DNA of 64,000 nt from Longimicrobiales bacterium (GCA_965202805.1 OZ241869.1:3648001-3712000), one strand, 5' to 3'; counted from the first letter of the stretch, positions 9,245-19,900 are shown. Notes: a model not told the origin generated them from the letters alone. Numbers and translations are program-made.

Positions 9245-10282
9245 ATGACTGGATGGACGCGCGCAACGATCGCTTCTGGAATCTTCACCGCTGCGGCTCT
9301 CACCGTCGCGGTTTCGTCACTTCAGGCCCAGTCGCAGACGACCAACCCCTTCCGGCCCGTCTACGGGTGGGGCGAACTCCCGGAGGGAAGGGAATGGGGC
9401 TCAACGAGCGCGGTGGAGATCGCGCTGGACGGAAACATCTGGGTCGCGGAGCGGTGCGGCGCGAACACCTGCGTGGGTTCGGATGTCGATCCCATCCTCC
9501 TCTTCGACAAGGAGGGGAACCTGCTGCGGAGCTTCGGCGGCGGGATGATCGCTTGGCCGCACGGGATCGACGTGGACCATGAGGGCAACGTCTGGGTGAC
9601 CGACGCGTGGCGGAACGGCGCGACCACGACCGGGCATACTGTGCTGAAGTTCTCCCCCGAGGGCGAGTTGCTCATGACGCTGGGTACGCCCGGAGAAGCC
9701 GGCGACCCGCCCACCCACTTCACCCAGCCGTCGGACGTGGTGGTGGCCCCCAACGGACAGATCTACGTGGCCGACGCGCACGACCGCACCCGGGGGCGGA
9801 TCGTCCGCTTCGCGGCCGACGGCACGTACATGGAGACCTGGGGCGAACTCGGCTACGGGCCGAAGCAGTTTCGCGATCCGCACGCGCTGGCGATGGACTC
9901 GCAGGGCCGCATCTTCGTGGGCGACCGCTACAACAACCGCATCCAGCTGTTCGACCAGGAGGGCAACTTCCTGGCGATCTGGACGCAGTTCGGCCGGCCC
10001 AGCGGGCTCTACATCGACGCCGACGACAACATCTACGTGGCCGACTCCGAGTCGAGCCCGGCGCCCAACGAGTTCACCGGGCAACGCAACGCGGGCTGGG
10101 AGAAAGGCATCCGCATCGGCGACGCGAACCAGGGATGGGTGCACTTCTTCCTGCCGGACGACATCACCAACGTGATGGGGTTCAGCGGGCCGGAGGGTGT
10201 CGCGGTGGACGACGAGGGCAACGTGTATGGCGCGGAGGTGAGCCAGCGCCGTATCACCAAGTGGATCCGGTTCCGGCCGTAA
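9245..10282 (+). CDS. Exported NHL-repeat beta-propeller (peptidyl-alpha-hydroxyglycine lyase-like)
   Basis: Signal peptide; NHL repeats such as WPHGIDVDHEGNVWVTD, FTQPSDVVVAPNGQIYVAD and FRDPHALAMDSQGRIFVGDRYNNRIQLF. Confidence 0.85.
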   Translation: MTGWTRATIASGIFTAAALTVAVSSLQAQSQTTNPFRPVYGWGELPEGREWGSTSAVEIALDGNIWVAERCGANTCVGSDVDPILLFDKEGNLLRSFGGGMIAWPHGIDVDHEGNVWVTDAWRNGATTTGHTVLKFSPEGELLMTLGTPGEAGDPPTHFTQPSDVVVAPNGQIYVADAHDRTRGRIVRFAADGTYMETWGELGYGPKQFRDPHALAMDSQGRIFVGDRYNNRIQLFDQEGNFLAIWTQFGRPSGLYIDADDNIYVADSESSPAPNEFTGQRNAGWEKGIRIGDANQGWVHFFLPDDITNVMGFSGPEGVAVDDEGNVYGAEVSQRRITKWIRFRP

Positions 10283-10300
10283 CCCCGGCCCTCAACGCGA

Positions 10301-10338
10301 AAGGCCCCGTCCCGCTCCTCCTCGCGGGACGGGGCCTT
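10301..10338. terminator. Hairpin between convergent genes (probable bidirectional terminator)
   Basis: 15-bp perfect stem AAGGCCCCGTCCCGC / GCGGGACGGGGCCTT with an 8-nt loop. Confidence 0.75.
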
Positions 10339-10360
10339 CGTCTGTGAACCTGCGTCGGCC

Positions 10361-11347
10361 TCAGGCGCTCCGCACCGCGCGCGCCACCAGATTCCTCACC
10401 AGCGGGATCTTGAAGTGATTGTAGTTGAGCGGCCTGGCGCCCTGCGTCGCCAGTTCGCCCGCCTCGGCGGCCGTGGTCTCGTTCGGCACCCGCCCTCGAA
10501 TCAGGTCCTCGACATCGGTAAGGCGCCGGGGGATGCACTCGACCGCGCCCAGGACGATGCGCGAGTCTTCGACGCGGCCGTCCGCCACCGTGAACGCGGC
10601 GGCGACGTTCACGAGCGGGAAGTCCCAGGTCTTGCGGTCCGACACCTTCTCGAAGTGGAAGCCGGCGCCCGCCCAGCGGGCCGGGATGCGCACCGCGGTG
10701 AGCAGGTCGTCGGGATCGAGCACGGTCATGCGGGTGATGTCCACGCCCGGTCCCATGAAGAACTCTCCCGCCGGGATCACCCGCTCCCCGCGGGTGTTGC
10801 GCACCACCATCTCCGCGTCCAGCGCCACCAGCGCCGGGGCCGAGTCGGACGGGGTGACCGCCACGCAGCGGTCGGCGCCGAAGAGGGCGTGCTCGCGGTT
10901 CATGCCCTCCGGCGTGCCGGCGTAACAGATGTTTCCGCCCGCCCGGTAACAGGGCATGCCGTAGCGGTAGTACCAGCAGCGGGTGTCCTGGCAGATGTTG
11001 CCGCCGAGCGTGCCGGCGTTCCGGATCTGGGGGCTGGCCACCACGCTCACCGCCTCGGCCAGCAGACCGTAGCGGGCGCGCACGAGCGGGTCGTTCTCGA
11101 TGTCCGTGAGGCTGGTCATGGCGCCGATCTCGATGCCGTCGCCGGCCTCGCGCACGCCCCTCAGTTCGTCGAGCCCCTCCAGGTCGACCACCACGGAGGG
11201 CTGCTTGCCCCGGTTCTTGAACCAGTCGAAGCTGTCGTAGCCGCCGGCGAGCGCCCAGGCGTCGCCGCCGTGCTCCCGCAGCAGATCCAGCGCCGACTCC
11301 AGGTCGGCGGGCTGAACCAGATCGAAGTGGGGCATCATGTCCTTCAT
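10361..11347 (-). CDS. Xanthine dehydrogenase family FAD subunit with 4Fe-4S insertion (PaoB/YagS-like)
   Basis: ALAGGYD, ASPQIRNAGTLGGN, and four Cys in RCWYYR..C....GG.IC...RCVAVTPSD. Confidence 0.88.
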   Translation of the reverse strand: MKDMMPHFDLVQPADLESALDLLREHGGDAWALAGGYDSFDWFKNRGKQPSVVVDLEGLDELRGVREAGDGIEIGAMTSLTDIENDPLVRARYGLLAEAVSVVASPQIRNAGTLGGNICQDTRCWYYRYGMPCYRAGGNICYAGTPEGMNREHALFGADRCVAVTPSDSAPALVALDAEMVVRNTRGERVIPAGEFFMGPGVDITRMTVLDPDDLLTAVRIPARWAGAGFHFEKVSDRKTWDFPLVNVAAAFTVADGRVEDSRIVLGAVECIPRRLTDVEDLIRGRVPNETTAAEAGELATQGARPLNYNHFKIPLVRNLVARAVRSA

Positions 11348-11357
11348 GGCCGCCTCC

Positions 11358-13757
11358 TCACTGTGTGTTGACCTGCAGCGGCCGGTGCGACGGGGCCTGC
11401 CGGGCCACGGCGTTCACGATCATGTCCGGGACGACCGGGATGCGGTTGAAGTAGTGTCCGCCGAGCGCATCCGAAATCGCGCACAGGAGGGCCGCCCCCG
11501 AGCATCCCATGAGGGGTTCGCCCACCCCCTTTGCGCCCACCGGGTTCTGCGGGTCGGTGATGTCGGTGGCGTCCCAGTCCATCCGCGAGGGCACGTCCAG
11601 GTAGGACGGCGGCTTGGCCTGGTGGAAGCCGATGTTGCCCGCCACCCCGTAGCGCGTGTCGTAGACGTGGCGCTCGAGGCAGGCCATGCCGAACCCCATC
11701 ACCGCGCCGCCTCTCACCTGGGCCGCCAGCCCCATGGGATGCACCACCGTGCCGCAGTCGGCCACCCCCAGGTAGTCGATGATCTCGTACATGCCGGTCT
11801 CGAGATCCAGCTCGATCTCGATGAAGCCGGCGGCGAGCGCGGGCACGACGTCGTTGCGGGGGAGGTTGTCGCGCGCAACGCCGATCAGGCCGCTCCCCGC
11901 CAGGTTCTGCACCGCGCGCCGGGTGATGTCGTCGATGTCGTCCGGGACCTCCTCGCCGCTGTAGCGCCCGCCCAGCTCAATGGCCCGAGCCGCGGCCCGG
12001 GCGTGGGTGATGCGGCGCGAGGGGTTGGCGCGCGCGAACGTCACCTCGTCCCCGATTTCGTAGTCCTCGGGCGCACCGCCCAACTCCATGGCCGCGATCG
12101 CCTTCAGCTTCTCCACCGCGTCCACGCCCGCCGCCCAGCCGGCGCGGGTCATGGTGAAGGTCGTGTTGCTGCCGACCTGCGCGCTGCTCGCAGCGAGGTT
12201 GCGCGAGGTGTCGCCGCGCACGAGCTCGACGCTTTCCCACTCATAGCCCAGCATCTCGGCGGCGACGCGCGAGGTGGCGGCGTAGGAATAGGTGCCGAGG
12301 TTCCCGACCCCGGTGTGGATGTGCAGCCTGCCGTCCGGCGCGATGCGGAGCAGCCCGTCCCGGCCGCTCTGGCCCGCCCCGTGGTAGGCCTGGCCGATGC
12401 CGACGCCGGTTACGCGCGATCCGTTGCGCTGGCCGCTGCGCGCGCGCCGCTCCTCCCATCCGAAGCGCTCGGCGCCCTGGGCGAGCGCTTCGCGCAGATG
12501 GGCACTGGTGACGGGCACCTGGCCCCCGCCGTAGAGCGAGTTCGAGTCGGGCGCGTTGATGCCGCGGATGTTCAGCTGATCGATGCCCAGTTGCGCCGCG
12601 GCCTTGTCGAGCAGGGGCTCCACCGCGCACGCGATCTGGTTCTGGCCCGGGCCCCTTTGCGCCCCGCGCGCCGGGGTGTTGGTGAGGACCGGGATGCCGC
12701 GGAAGCGCATCGCCAGCGGCGTGTAGACGATGGTGACGGCGCCGGCGGCGCTGTTGAAGTCGCCGAAGCCGCTGTTGGGCCCGTTTTCCTGCACGATGAA
12801 GAGGTCGATCGCGCTGATCCGGCCGTCGCGCCGGAAGCCCATGCGGATGCGGCCCTGGAACCCGGCCCGCGCGGAACCGATGGCATACTCCTCGGCGCGG
12901 CTGATGCGCATCATCACGGGCCGGCCCGTCTTGCGCGACATGTGCGCCGGCACCGACATGATCGGGTAGGCGCTGCCCTTCGACCCGAATCCGCCGCCGC
13001 AGTACTCGCCCACGAACACCAGGTCCTCGGGCGGGATGCCGATGTAGCGCGCCAGCCCGTTGAGCGTCGCGCTCTGGCTCTGGCTGGAGCCGAAGACGTG
13101 GCACTTGCCGTTCTGCCAGTAGGCCATCGCCGTGCGCGGCTCCATCGAGTGGTGCGAGGTGCCCGCGGTGACGAAGGTTTCGTCGAGCACCAGCGCCGCG
13201 TCGCGGAAGCCGGCTTCGACATCCCCGTAGGACCACTCCGTGGTGACCTCGCCCATGGGCAGTTCGCCCCCCGAGGCGGCGGCGAAGTCCTCCTCGGTCC
13301 ACTTCACCTCCCGGATTCCCTCGCCCCGCTGCGAGGTGTTGCCCTCGGTGCGCGCGTTGGGGCCGCCGGGGCGCAGACTCTCGAGCGGATCCACCACGAA
13401 CGGCAGCGGCTGGAGGTCAAGCTTGACCTTCGCGATGGCGTCCTGTGCGGTGGTCTCGTCCACGGCGGCCAGCGCCGCGATCGGCTCGCCCACGAAGTGC
13501 GGGGTGTTGGTGAGGATGGGGTTGCCGGGCGCCTCGATCTCCGGCACTTCGTCGGCGGTCAGGATGGCGACCACACCCTCCATCGCCAGTGCCTCCGACG
13601 CGTCGATTACGCGCACCTGGGCGTGGGGCATCGGGCTCGTGATGAGCCGGCAGAAGAGCATGCCGTCGGCGCGGAAGTCTTCCGCGTAGCGGGCTCTGCC
13701 GGTGACCTTGCTTATGACATCCGGGGGCGCGAAGTCCCTGCCGACGAGTTCAGCCAT
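11358..13757 (-). CDS. Xanthine dehydrogenase family molybdopterin-binding subunit (PaoC/CoxL-like)
   Basis: KVTGRARYAED, HHSMEPR, GGGFGSKG, QRGPG, GAKGVGEP (catalytic Glu). Confidence 0.9.
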   Translation of the reverse strand: MAELVGRDFAPPDVISKVTGRARYAEDFRADGMLFCRLITSPMPHAQVRVIDASEALAMEGVVAILTADEVPEIEAPGNPILTNTPHFVGEPIAALAAVDETTAQDAIAKVKLDLQPLPFVVDPLESLRPGGPNARTEGNTSQRGEGIREVKWTEEDFAAASGGELPMGEVTTEWSYGDVEAGFRDAALVLDETFVTAGTSHHSMEPRTAMAYWQNGKCHVFGSSQSQSATLNGLARYIGIPPEDLVFVGEYCGGGFGSKGSAYPIMSVPAHMSRKTGRPVMMRISRAEEYAIGSARAGFQGRIRMGFRRDGRISAIDLFIVQENGPNSGFGDFNSAAGAVTIVYTPLAMRFRGIPVLTNTPARGAQRGPGQNQIACAVEPLLDKAAAQLGIDQLNIRGINAPDSNSLYGGGQVPVTSAHLREALAQGAERFGWEERRARSGQRNGSRVTGVGIGQAYHGAGQSGRDGLLRIAPDGRLHIHTGVGNLGTYSYAATSRVAAEMLGYEWESVELVRGDTSRNLAASSAQVGSNTTFTMTRAGWAAGVDAVEKLKAIAAMELGGAPEDYEIGDEVTFARANPSRRITHARAAARAIELGGRYSGEEVPDDIDDITRRAVQNLAGSGLIGVARDNLPRNDVVPALAAGFIEIELDLETGMYEIIDYLGVADCGTVVHPMGLAAQVRGGAVMGFGMACLERHVYDTRYGVAGNIGFHQAKPPSYLDVPSRMDWDATDITDPQNPVGAKGVGEPLMGCSGAALLCAISDALGGHYFNRIPVVPDMIVNAVARQAPSHRPLQVNTQ

Positions 13758-14457
13758 TGGACGCCTCCTCCGCGACCGCCTGCCCGTTTGCCGCGGCGCG
13801 CATGACTCCGTTCAGGTAGTGGTCGTAGGCCCCGCACCGGCAGAGATTGCCGGACATCGCCCGGCGCGCCTCCTCCCGGGTCGGACTCGGGTTGGCCTGC
13901 AGCAGGGCGGCGGCCGCCATGACCTGCCCGGGGGTGCAGAAGCCGCACTGGGGACCCAGCTCGTCGATGAAGGCCTGCTGCACCGGATGCAGCGTGCCGT
14001 CCGGGCTCTCGAGGCCCTCCACCGTCACGACCTCCCTCTCGCGCACCCGCTGCGTGAGCGTCGAGCACGAGTAGTGGGCGACGCCGTCGATCGTGACGGT
14101 GCAGGCGCCGCACTCCGCGCGGTCGCAACCGAGCTTGGTTCCGGTCAGCCCCAGCTTGTAGCGGAGCGTCATCGCCAGCGTCTCCTGCGGCAGCACGTCG
14201 ACCCGCCGGGTCTGTCCGTTCACGTTGATGGAGACCAGCCGCGGGACGCTGGCGCGCGCCGACGTCGCCGCCGGACCCGCGAAGTACGCGAACGCCGACA
14301 CCGAGGCGCCGGTGGCGATGACCCCCTTGATGAACTGGCGGCGAGAGACGTTGCTCCGTCCGGGGAGGTTCGCCAGCAGGCCCTCCCAGGGGGCATCTCC
14401 GGCCGGCGGCGCGCCGGAGTCGGGGTTCTCAACGATGGCGTGCGAGCGCTCGGCCAT
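13750..14457 (-). CDS. [2Fe-2S] subunit with Tat signal (PaoA/YagT-like)
   Basis: RBS GGAGGA before ATG 14457; SRRQFIK twin-arginine motif; GCDRAECGAC, QCGFC, NLCRCG. Confidence 0.9.
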   Translation of the reverse strand: MAERSHAIVENPDSGAPPAGDAPWEGLLANLPGRSNVSRRQFIKGVIATGASVSAFAYFAGPAATSARASVPRLVSINVNGQTRRVDVLPQETLAMTLRYKLGLTGTKLGCDRAECGACTVTIDGVAHYSCSTLTQRVREREVVTVEGLESPDGTLHPVQQAFIDELGPQCGFCTPGQVMAAAALLQANPSPTREEARRAMSGNLCRCGAYDHYLNGVMRAAANGQAVAEEASNG

Positions 14458-14653
14458 GTGTCCTCCCTTCCTGCCGGGGTCCATGGTGGGATGTGCTGCC
14501 CGAGGTGTTCCGATTGGTTGATCGTACGCTGGCGCGGGAGTCGGGACAACCGCAGTTTCCTCCCGCACCCGGCGGTCGAATCGGGTCAATCCACGATTCC
14601 GGCGCCCGCAATCGCATCACGCCACAGCGCAGGGAAACGAGAGGCCCGGACCG

Positions 14654-15148
14654 ATGAGCAGGATTGCCGAGACCATCGAGGTTTTCGAAGCCGCCCGCCA
14701 GCCCCTTTTCACGGTGCTGGACGGCATCACCAGGGAGGATCTGGACTGGAGCCCGAGCGAGAAGGTGCGGGGCGTCGGCAAGATCTGCCGGCACCTCTAC
14801 CGGGTCGATATCTGGTTCCTCAAGCGCCTGGGGATCGTCCCCGTGATCACGGAGGACCGTCCCGGACCGGCGGAAGAGATCGCTGCCCGCATGCGCACGA
14901 TCCAGGAGCAGATCATCGCCGAGGTCAAGGCGTGCGAGAGCGACGCGGACCTGTTTGCCGAGCGCACCTCCCTCGATGGCAGGACGACCTCGCAGCTCGG
15001 TCCCGACGTGATCCACATGGCGCAGCACTACTTGTACCACCTGGCCCAGATCACCTACCTGCGCCGCGTCCGGGATCGCGCGTGGCCGGCTCCGCAGGAG
15101 GGGTGGGAGCACGCGACGCACGTGATCGGGGATCTGGTGCTGGAGTAG
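14654..15148 (+). CDS. DinB/YfiT family protein
   Basis: Helical 164-aa protein with an N-terminal His (CRHL) and C-terminal H..QH..YHLAQI. Confidence 0.75.
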   Translation: MSRIAETIEVFEAARQPLFTVLDGITREDLDWSPSEKVRGVGKICRHLYRVDIWFLKRLGIVPVITEDRPGPAEEIAARMRTIQEQIIAEVKACESDADLFAERTSLDGRTTSQLGPDVIHMAQHYLYHLAQITYLRRVRDRAWPAPQEGWEHATHVIGDLVLE

Positions 15149-15228
15149 GGAATGTCTGCTGACGCTCGCGACCGAAGCGGCCCGGTGAGGATTGTCCGGG
15201 CCCGCTGGGCTCCGTCAGGCCGGTCGGC

Positions 15229-16473
15229 GTGAACACACGCGCAATTCTCATCGGGCTGGTCCTCGGGCTGGGGCTCGGGATCGCGGCCTCCGCGACCGGA
15301 TCGCCGGTCCTCCTGCAGGCGGCCGAAGCGGTGGCACCGCTGGGGGAAGTCTTCCTGCGCGCGATTCAGATGGTCGTCATCCCGCTGGTCGCGGCGGTGG
15401 TGTTCGTGGGCGTGGCGCGGATCGGCAACCTGCGCAGGCTGGGTCGGCTGGGGGGCCTCGCGGTGGGCTTCTTCTGGGTGACGACGCTGCCGGCGATCCT
15501 GATCGGGATGGGGGTGATGAGCCTCGCGCTGACGTTCACGACCCCGGTGCCGCCGCCGACGCCTGTAACCGAGCTGGACACCGCGACCCCGGGCGTGGTC
15601 GACTTCCTCGTCAACCTCGTCCCGCGGAATCCGATCCAGGCCGCCGCCGACGGGTCCCTCCTCTCGCTGCTCATCTTCGTCGTCCTCCTTGCCGCGGCGG
15701 CGACGACGCTGCCGGAGCAGAAGCGGGAGGCGCTCACGTCCCTCGCGGAGACGCTCGGGGACGCGCTCATCAAGCTCATGACCTGGATCCTGTGGACCGC
15801 GCCCGTGGGCGTCTTCGGCCTCGCGGCGCCGGTGATCGCGCAGACGGGGATGGCGATGCTTCAGAACCTCGCCGTGTTCATCGTCGCCGTCGTCACGGGC
15901 TTCTTCATCCTGAAGGGCGCCGTGCTCCTGCCGATGGTCCGCATCTTCGGCGGGATGGGGCCGGGCCGCTTTATCCGGGGGACGGTGGGCACCTACACGG
16001 TGGGCTTCACCACGACGACGTCGGTGGGGACGCTGCCGATGATGCTGCAGGAGGCGGAGAAGCTGGGCCTGTCGAAGAGCACGTTCTCGCTGGTCCTCCC
16101 GCTCGCGGCCTCGATCAATCGCCCGGGCAGCGCCCTCTTTCAGAGCACGTCGCTGGTGTTCCTGGCCGCCATGTACGGGGTGCCGCTCGACGCGGGGCTG
16201 ATCGCGGCGGCCGTGCTGGCCATCTTCCTCGCGTCGATGACGGTCGCCCCGGTGCCCAGCGCCAGCATCGTGACCATGGCGCCCGCGCTCGACGTGGTGG
16301 GCGTGCCGGTCGCCGGGCTGGGCATCCTGCTCGGGATCGACCGCGTGCCGGACGTGTTCCGTTCCGCCACCAACGTGATCGCCCACATGGCTGCGGCGTC
16401 CACGGTGGATGGGATGACGAGGGGGAGATGGCGCGAGAGCAGACGGCAGAACGTTCACTCGCGAGGCTCGTGA
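15229..16473 (+). CDS. Dicarboxylate/amino acid:cation symporter (DAACS/GltP family)
   Basis: FLRAIQMVVIPL, FTTTTSVGTLP, LPLAASINRPG, GIDRVPDVFRSATNV. Confidence 0.88.
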   Translation: MNTRAILIGLVLGLGLGIAASATGSPVLLQAAEAVAPLGEVFLRAIQMVVIPLVAAVVFVGVARIGNLRRLGRLGGLAVGFFWVTTLPAILIGMGVMSLALTFTTPVPPPTPVTELDTATPGVVDFLVNLVPRNPIQAAADGSLLSLLIFVVLLAAAATTLPEQKREALTSLAETLGDALIKLMTWILWTAPVGVFGLAAPVIAQTGMAMLQNLAVFIVAVVTGFFILKGAVLLPMVRIFGGMGPGRFIRGTVGTYTVGFTTTTSVGTLPMMLQEAEKLGLSKSTFSLVLPLAASINRPGSALFQSTSLVFLAAMYGVPLDAGLIAAAVLAIFLASMTVAPVPSASIVTMAPALDVVGVPVAGLGILLGIDRVPDVFRSATNVIAHMAAASTVDGMTRGRWRESRRQNVHSRGS

Positions 16474-16708
16474 TGAGCTCTGCCAGGCAGCGTAACGCCC
16501 GTGCCACGCGCTTCTTGTTTGCGGGCAGCGTCTTCGCTTTCTTGCAGAGGTGGCTCCCGTCACCCTCCGCGTCGGCATCCGGGATGCGCCATGGAACAGA
16601 CCTGCTTTCGGAAGGGCTTCGGCCTCAATACCCAGGTCCGACCCTTAGTCGGGGACGCGGCGTCCATAACCGCAGGCGCCTCCACGCCGAACAACAAGAT
16701 CGTGGCCC

Positions 16709-19700
16709 TTGACCCCTGAGGGAGTGGATCAGTCGAACGTGACCGGCGGTCGCGCCGGGCCCATCGCCTTCATGGCCCGAAACAGCGTGGCGGCGAACGT
16801 TCTCATGCTGTTTCTGGTGCTCGCGGGGTTCGCGGCAGCGAGGAACCTGGTTCAGGAGATTCTTCCTGAGCTGTCCCTGGATCGAGTCCAGATCCTCGTC
16901 GTGTATCCCGGCGCCACCCCCGGCGAAATCGAGGAATCGATCGTCAGAAAGCTCGAGGAGCAGATCCGGGGCGTGGAGGGCCTGGACCGGTTGGAGGCGA
17001 CCGCGTCCGAGGGCTTCGGGTCCGTCATCGCGCAGTTCAGCTCGGGCACCGATATCGATCGTGCCATCAACGAAGTCAAGGCGGAGGTCGACCGCATCAT
17101 CACCTTCCCCGAGGGGGCGGAACGACCTCAGGTGCGCGAGATCACGAGCCGGCAGAACGTCATCCGCCTGCTGGTTCACGGCGATGCGCCGGAGCGCGCC
17201 CTCAAGGAGCTGGCGTACGACATCGAGGAGGGGATTTCCTCGCTCCCCGAGGTGTCGCTGGCCGAAGTCAGCGGTGCGCGGCCCTACGAGATCTCGATCG
17301 AGGTGCCGACGAGCCGGCTGCGGGCGCTGGGCCTCACGCTCGAGGATGTCGCCCTGGCGGTGCGGCAGGGTTCGATGGAGCTGTCGGCGGGCAGGCTCTC
17401 CACCGGCGACGATGAGATCCTCGTCCGCACGCTGGGCAGGAACTACGACCAGGGCGATTTCGAGGACATCATCGTCCTGACCCGTCCGGATGGGACATCG
17501 GTTCGCCTGAGCGAGATCGCAACCGTGCGGGACGGATTCGCGGACACCGATCTGAGCGTGCGCTACAACGGCCGGAGAGCGGTCGGCATCGATGTATACC
17601 GCGCCTCGAACGAGAAAGTCCTCGAAATAGCGGAGGCCGTCAGGGAGTATCTCGCAAGCGAGGTGCTTCCCGCGCTGCCGCCCGGGGTTGGCGTCGAGGT
17701 CTGGAAGGACGATTCGGTGGAGGTCTCGGGAAGGCTCGGCCTGATGATCGAGAACGCACTGCTGGGACTGGCGCTCGTCCTCGCCGCGCTCACCCTGTTC
17801 CTCGAGGTCCGGCTGGCGCTGTGGGTGGCCATAGGCCTGGCGGTCTCGTTCATCGGCACCTTCCTGTTCATGGATTTCCTGGGCGTCTCGGTCAACATGT
17901 TCTCGTTGATGGCGCTCGTCCTCGCGCTGGGGATCGTCGTGGACGACGCGATCGTCGTGGGCGAAAGCGTTTTCACGCAACGGGAGCGCGGGGTTGGCGG
18001 GATTGCCGCAGCGATCCGGGGCACCCGGCGGGTCAGCGCGCCGGTCATCTTCTCGGTGCTTACCACGGTGACGGCGTTCGCCGCGCTCCTGTCCGCGCCC
18101 GGCCCGCAGGGCGAACTCGGTCGCCCGATTCCGCTGGTGGTGATCACGGTCCTCCTGATTTCGCTGGTGGAATCACTGCTGGTGCTGCCGAACCACCTGT
18201 CGCACCTGCCCGCACCGGGGGCCTCGGGGGAAGGCTGGCTGTCCCGGCGGTTCAGCCGCATCCGCGGCGGAGTGGATGTCCTGCTGAAGCGGGTCGTGGA
18301 TGGTCCGCTGGACCGTGGACTGCGCCTGGCGGTCGACCAACCCTCGATCGTGCTCGCCTCCGCAGCCGGACTGCTCGTCCTCACGATGGCGGCCGTCAAC
18401 GCGGGCGTGGTGCCCAACCAGTTCCTGACGCCCATCGAGGGCGAAGTCGTCTCCGCCAACCTGGAGATGCCGGTCGGCACGCCGGGGGAACGGACGTCCG
18501 CCGTTGCGGCGCAGCTGGAGGCTGCGGGGCATCGCGCCGTGGAGCGCATCTCGCGGGAGCGGGATGCGGATGCGGAGCCACTGGAGGTCGGCGTCGCCCT
18601 GACGGTCGGCCAGCCGGCGGCACTCTACGACCCCCTGGGGGGCAACGCCGTGGAGGCCGCACGGGGCCACCTGGGCACCGTCCAGTTCAAGCTCATCGAC
18701 TGGGAACGGCACGACATCGCCCCATCCACCTTCGAGCGGCTCTGGCGGGAAGAGGTCGGAGCGCTCCCGGACGCGAGATCGCTGTCGATTTCCTCGAACC
18801 TGATCACGCTGGGACTTCCCGTTCACTTCGAGCTCTCGCATCCGGACCCCGAACGGCTCGCCGTGATCGCGGACGAGTTCGTCACCGAGCTGAACGGAAT
18901 CGACGGTGTCTTCGACGTGCGGAGCAACCTCGACGAGGGGTTCCGGGAACTGCAGCTGGAGCTGAAGCCGGGGGCTCGCACGCTGAATCTGACGGTTGGC
19001 CATTTCGCGTCGCAGGTTCGCTCTGCCTTCTTCGGAGCGGAAGCGCTCCGGGTGCAGCGCGGACGCGAGGACGTGGGCGTCTTCGTGCGCCTGCCCGAGG
19101 AAGAGCGCAATTCCGCTGCCGATGTGGAGCGCTATCTGGTGCGCACGCCCGGCGGCGAGGTGCCGCTGGATCAGGTGGCGTCGGCCAGTTTCGCACGGTC
19201 TGCGGCCACCATCCACCGGATGGACGGGCGCCGCGCCGTCACGGTCACCGCGGATGTCGATCCGGTGCTCGCGACCGGCCAGCAGGTCAATCGAAGCCTG
19301 GACGACGGCATCCTGGAGCGCCTGTCGGCTCAGGACCGCCTTTTCGAGTACACCTTCGGCGGCCAGCGCAAGCAGCAGGAGGAGGCCAATGCCGATCTGG
19401 GTCGCTCGCTCTTTCTGGCGCTCCTCGTCATGTACGCGCTGATGGCGATTCCCTTCGGTTCCTACACCCAGCCCCTGATCATCCTGGCGGCGGTGCCGCT
19501 GGGGCTGATCGGCGCCGTCACCGGGCACATGCTCCTCGGGCTGAGCCTGGGCATCTGGTCGATGTACGGGCTCATCGGGGTGAGCGGCGTGGTCGTCAAC
19601 GACTCACTGATGATGATCAAGTTCATCAATGACCTGAAGGCGTCCGGGCTCCCGGTGCGAGACGCGATCGTGACCGGAGCCAAGGACCGCTTCCGGGCCA

Positions 19701-19900
19701 TCCTGCTGACTTCCGTGACGACCTTCGTGGGTGTCGCGCCGCTGGTCTTCGAGACCAGCACCCACGCTCAGCATCTGGTTCCGCTGGCCGCATCCGTGGG
19801 GTTCGGGGTCCTGATCGCGACCGCGCTGCTCATGCTCGTGATCCCGGCGCTGCTGATGGCCCAGTCCTCGATGGCGGCCTGGAGGGACGCCAGGTCCTGA
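16709..19900 (+). CDS. RND efflux permease (AcrB/AcrD/AcrF family)
   Basis: 1063 aa; YPGATPGEIEESI, GIVVDDAIVVGE, GVVVNDS, RFRAILLTS. Exact start uncertain (16709, 16724 or 16772). Confidence 0.92.
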   Translation: MTPEGVDQSNVTGGRAGPIAFMARNSVAANVLMLFLVLAGFAAARNLVQEILPELSLDRVQILVVYPGATPGEIEESIVRKLEEQIRGVEGLDRLEATASEGFGSVIAQFSSGTDIDRAINEVKAEVDRIITFPEGAERPQVREITSRQNVIRLLVHGDAPERALKELAYDIEEGISSLPEVSLAEVSGARPYEISIEVPTSRLRALGLTLEDVALAVRQGSMELSAGRLSTGDDEILVRTLGRNYDQGDFEDIIVLTRPDGTSVRLSEIATVRDGFADTDLSVRYNGRRAVGIDVYRASNEKVLEIAEAVREYLASEVLPALPPGVGVEVWKDDSVEVSGRLGLMIENALLGLALVLAALTLFLEVRLALWVAIGLAVSFIGTFLFMDFLGVSVNMFSLMALVLALGIVVDDAIVVGESVFTQRERGVGGIAAAIRGTRRVSAPVIFSVLTTVTAFAALLSAPGPQGELGRPIPLVVITVLLISLVESLLVLPNHLSHLPAPGASGEGWLSRRFSRIRGGVDVLLKRVVDGPLDRGLRLAVDQPSIVLASAAGLLVLTMAAVNAGVVPNQFLTPIEGEVVSANLEMPVGTPGERTSAVAAQLEAAGHRAVERISRERDADAEPLEVGVALTVGQPAALYDPLGGNAVEAARGHLGTVQFKLIDWERHDIAPSTFERLWREEVGALPDARSLSISSNLITLGLPVHFELSHPDPERLAVIADEFVTELNGIDGVFDVRSNLDEGFRELQLELKPGARTLNLTVGHFASQVRSAFFGAEALRVQRGREDVGVFVRLPEEERNSAADVERYLVRTPGGEVPLDQVASASFARSAATIHRMDGRRAVTVTADVDPVLATGQQVNRSLDDGILERLSAQDRLFEYTFGGQRKQQEEANADLGRSLFLALLVMYALMAIPFGSYTQPLIILAAVPLGLIGAVTGHMLLGLSLGIWSMYGLIGVSGVVVNDSLMMIKFINDLKASGLPVRDAIVTGAKDRFRAILLTSVTTFVGVAPLVFETSTHAQHLVPLAASVGFGVLIATALLMLVIPALLMAQSSMAAWRDARS

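Noticed and set aside
11337..13805. Long antisense ORFs (822 aa here; also 26834-29788, 29984-32029, 5429-7627, 55366-57585, 50578-52419)
   Set aside because: They mirror real genes on the other strand, which is expected at high GC3, and show no recognisable motifs.
16428..16712. Small ORF MAREQTAERSLARL... after an SD-like GGGGGAG, overlapping the DAACS 3' end
   Set aside because: No recognisable domain and atypical composition; at most a gene remnant.
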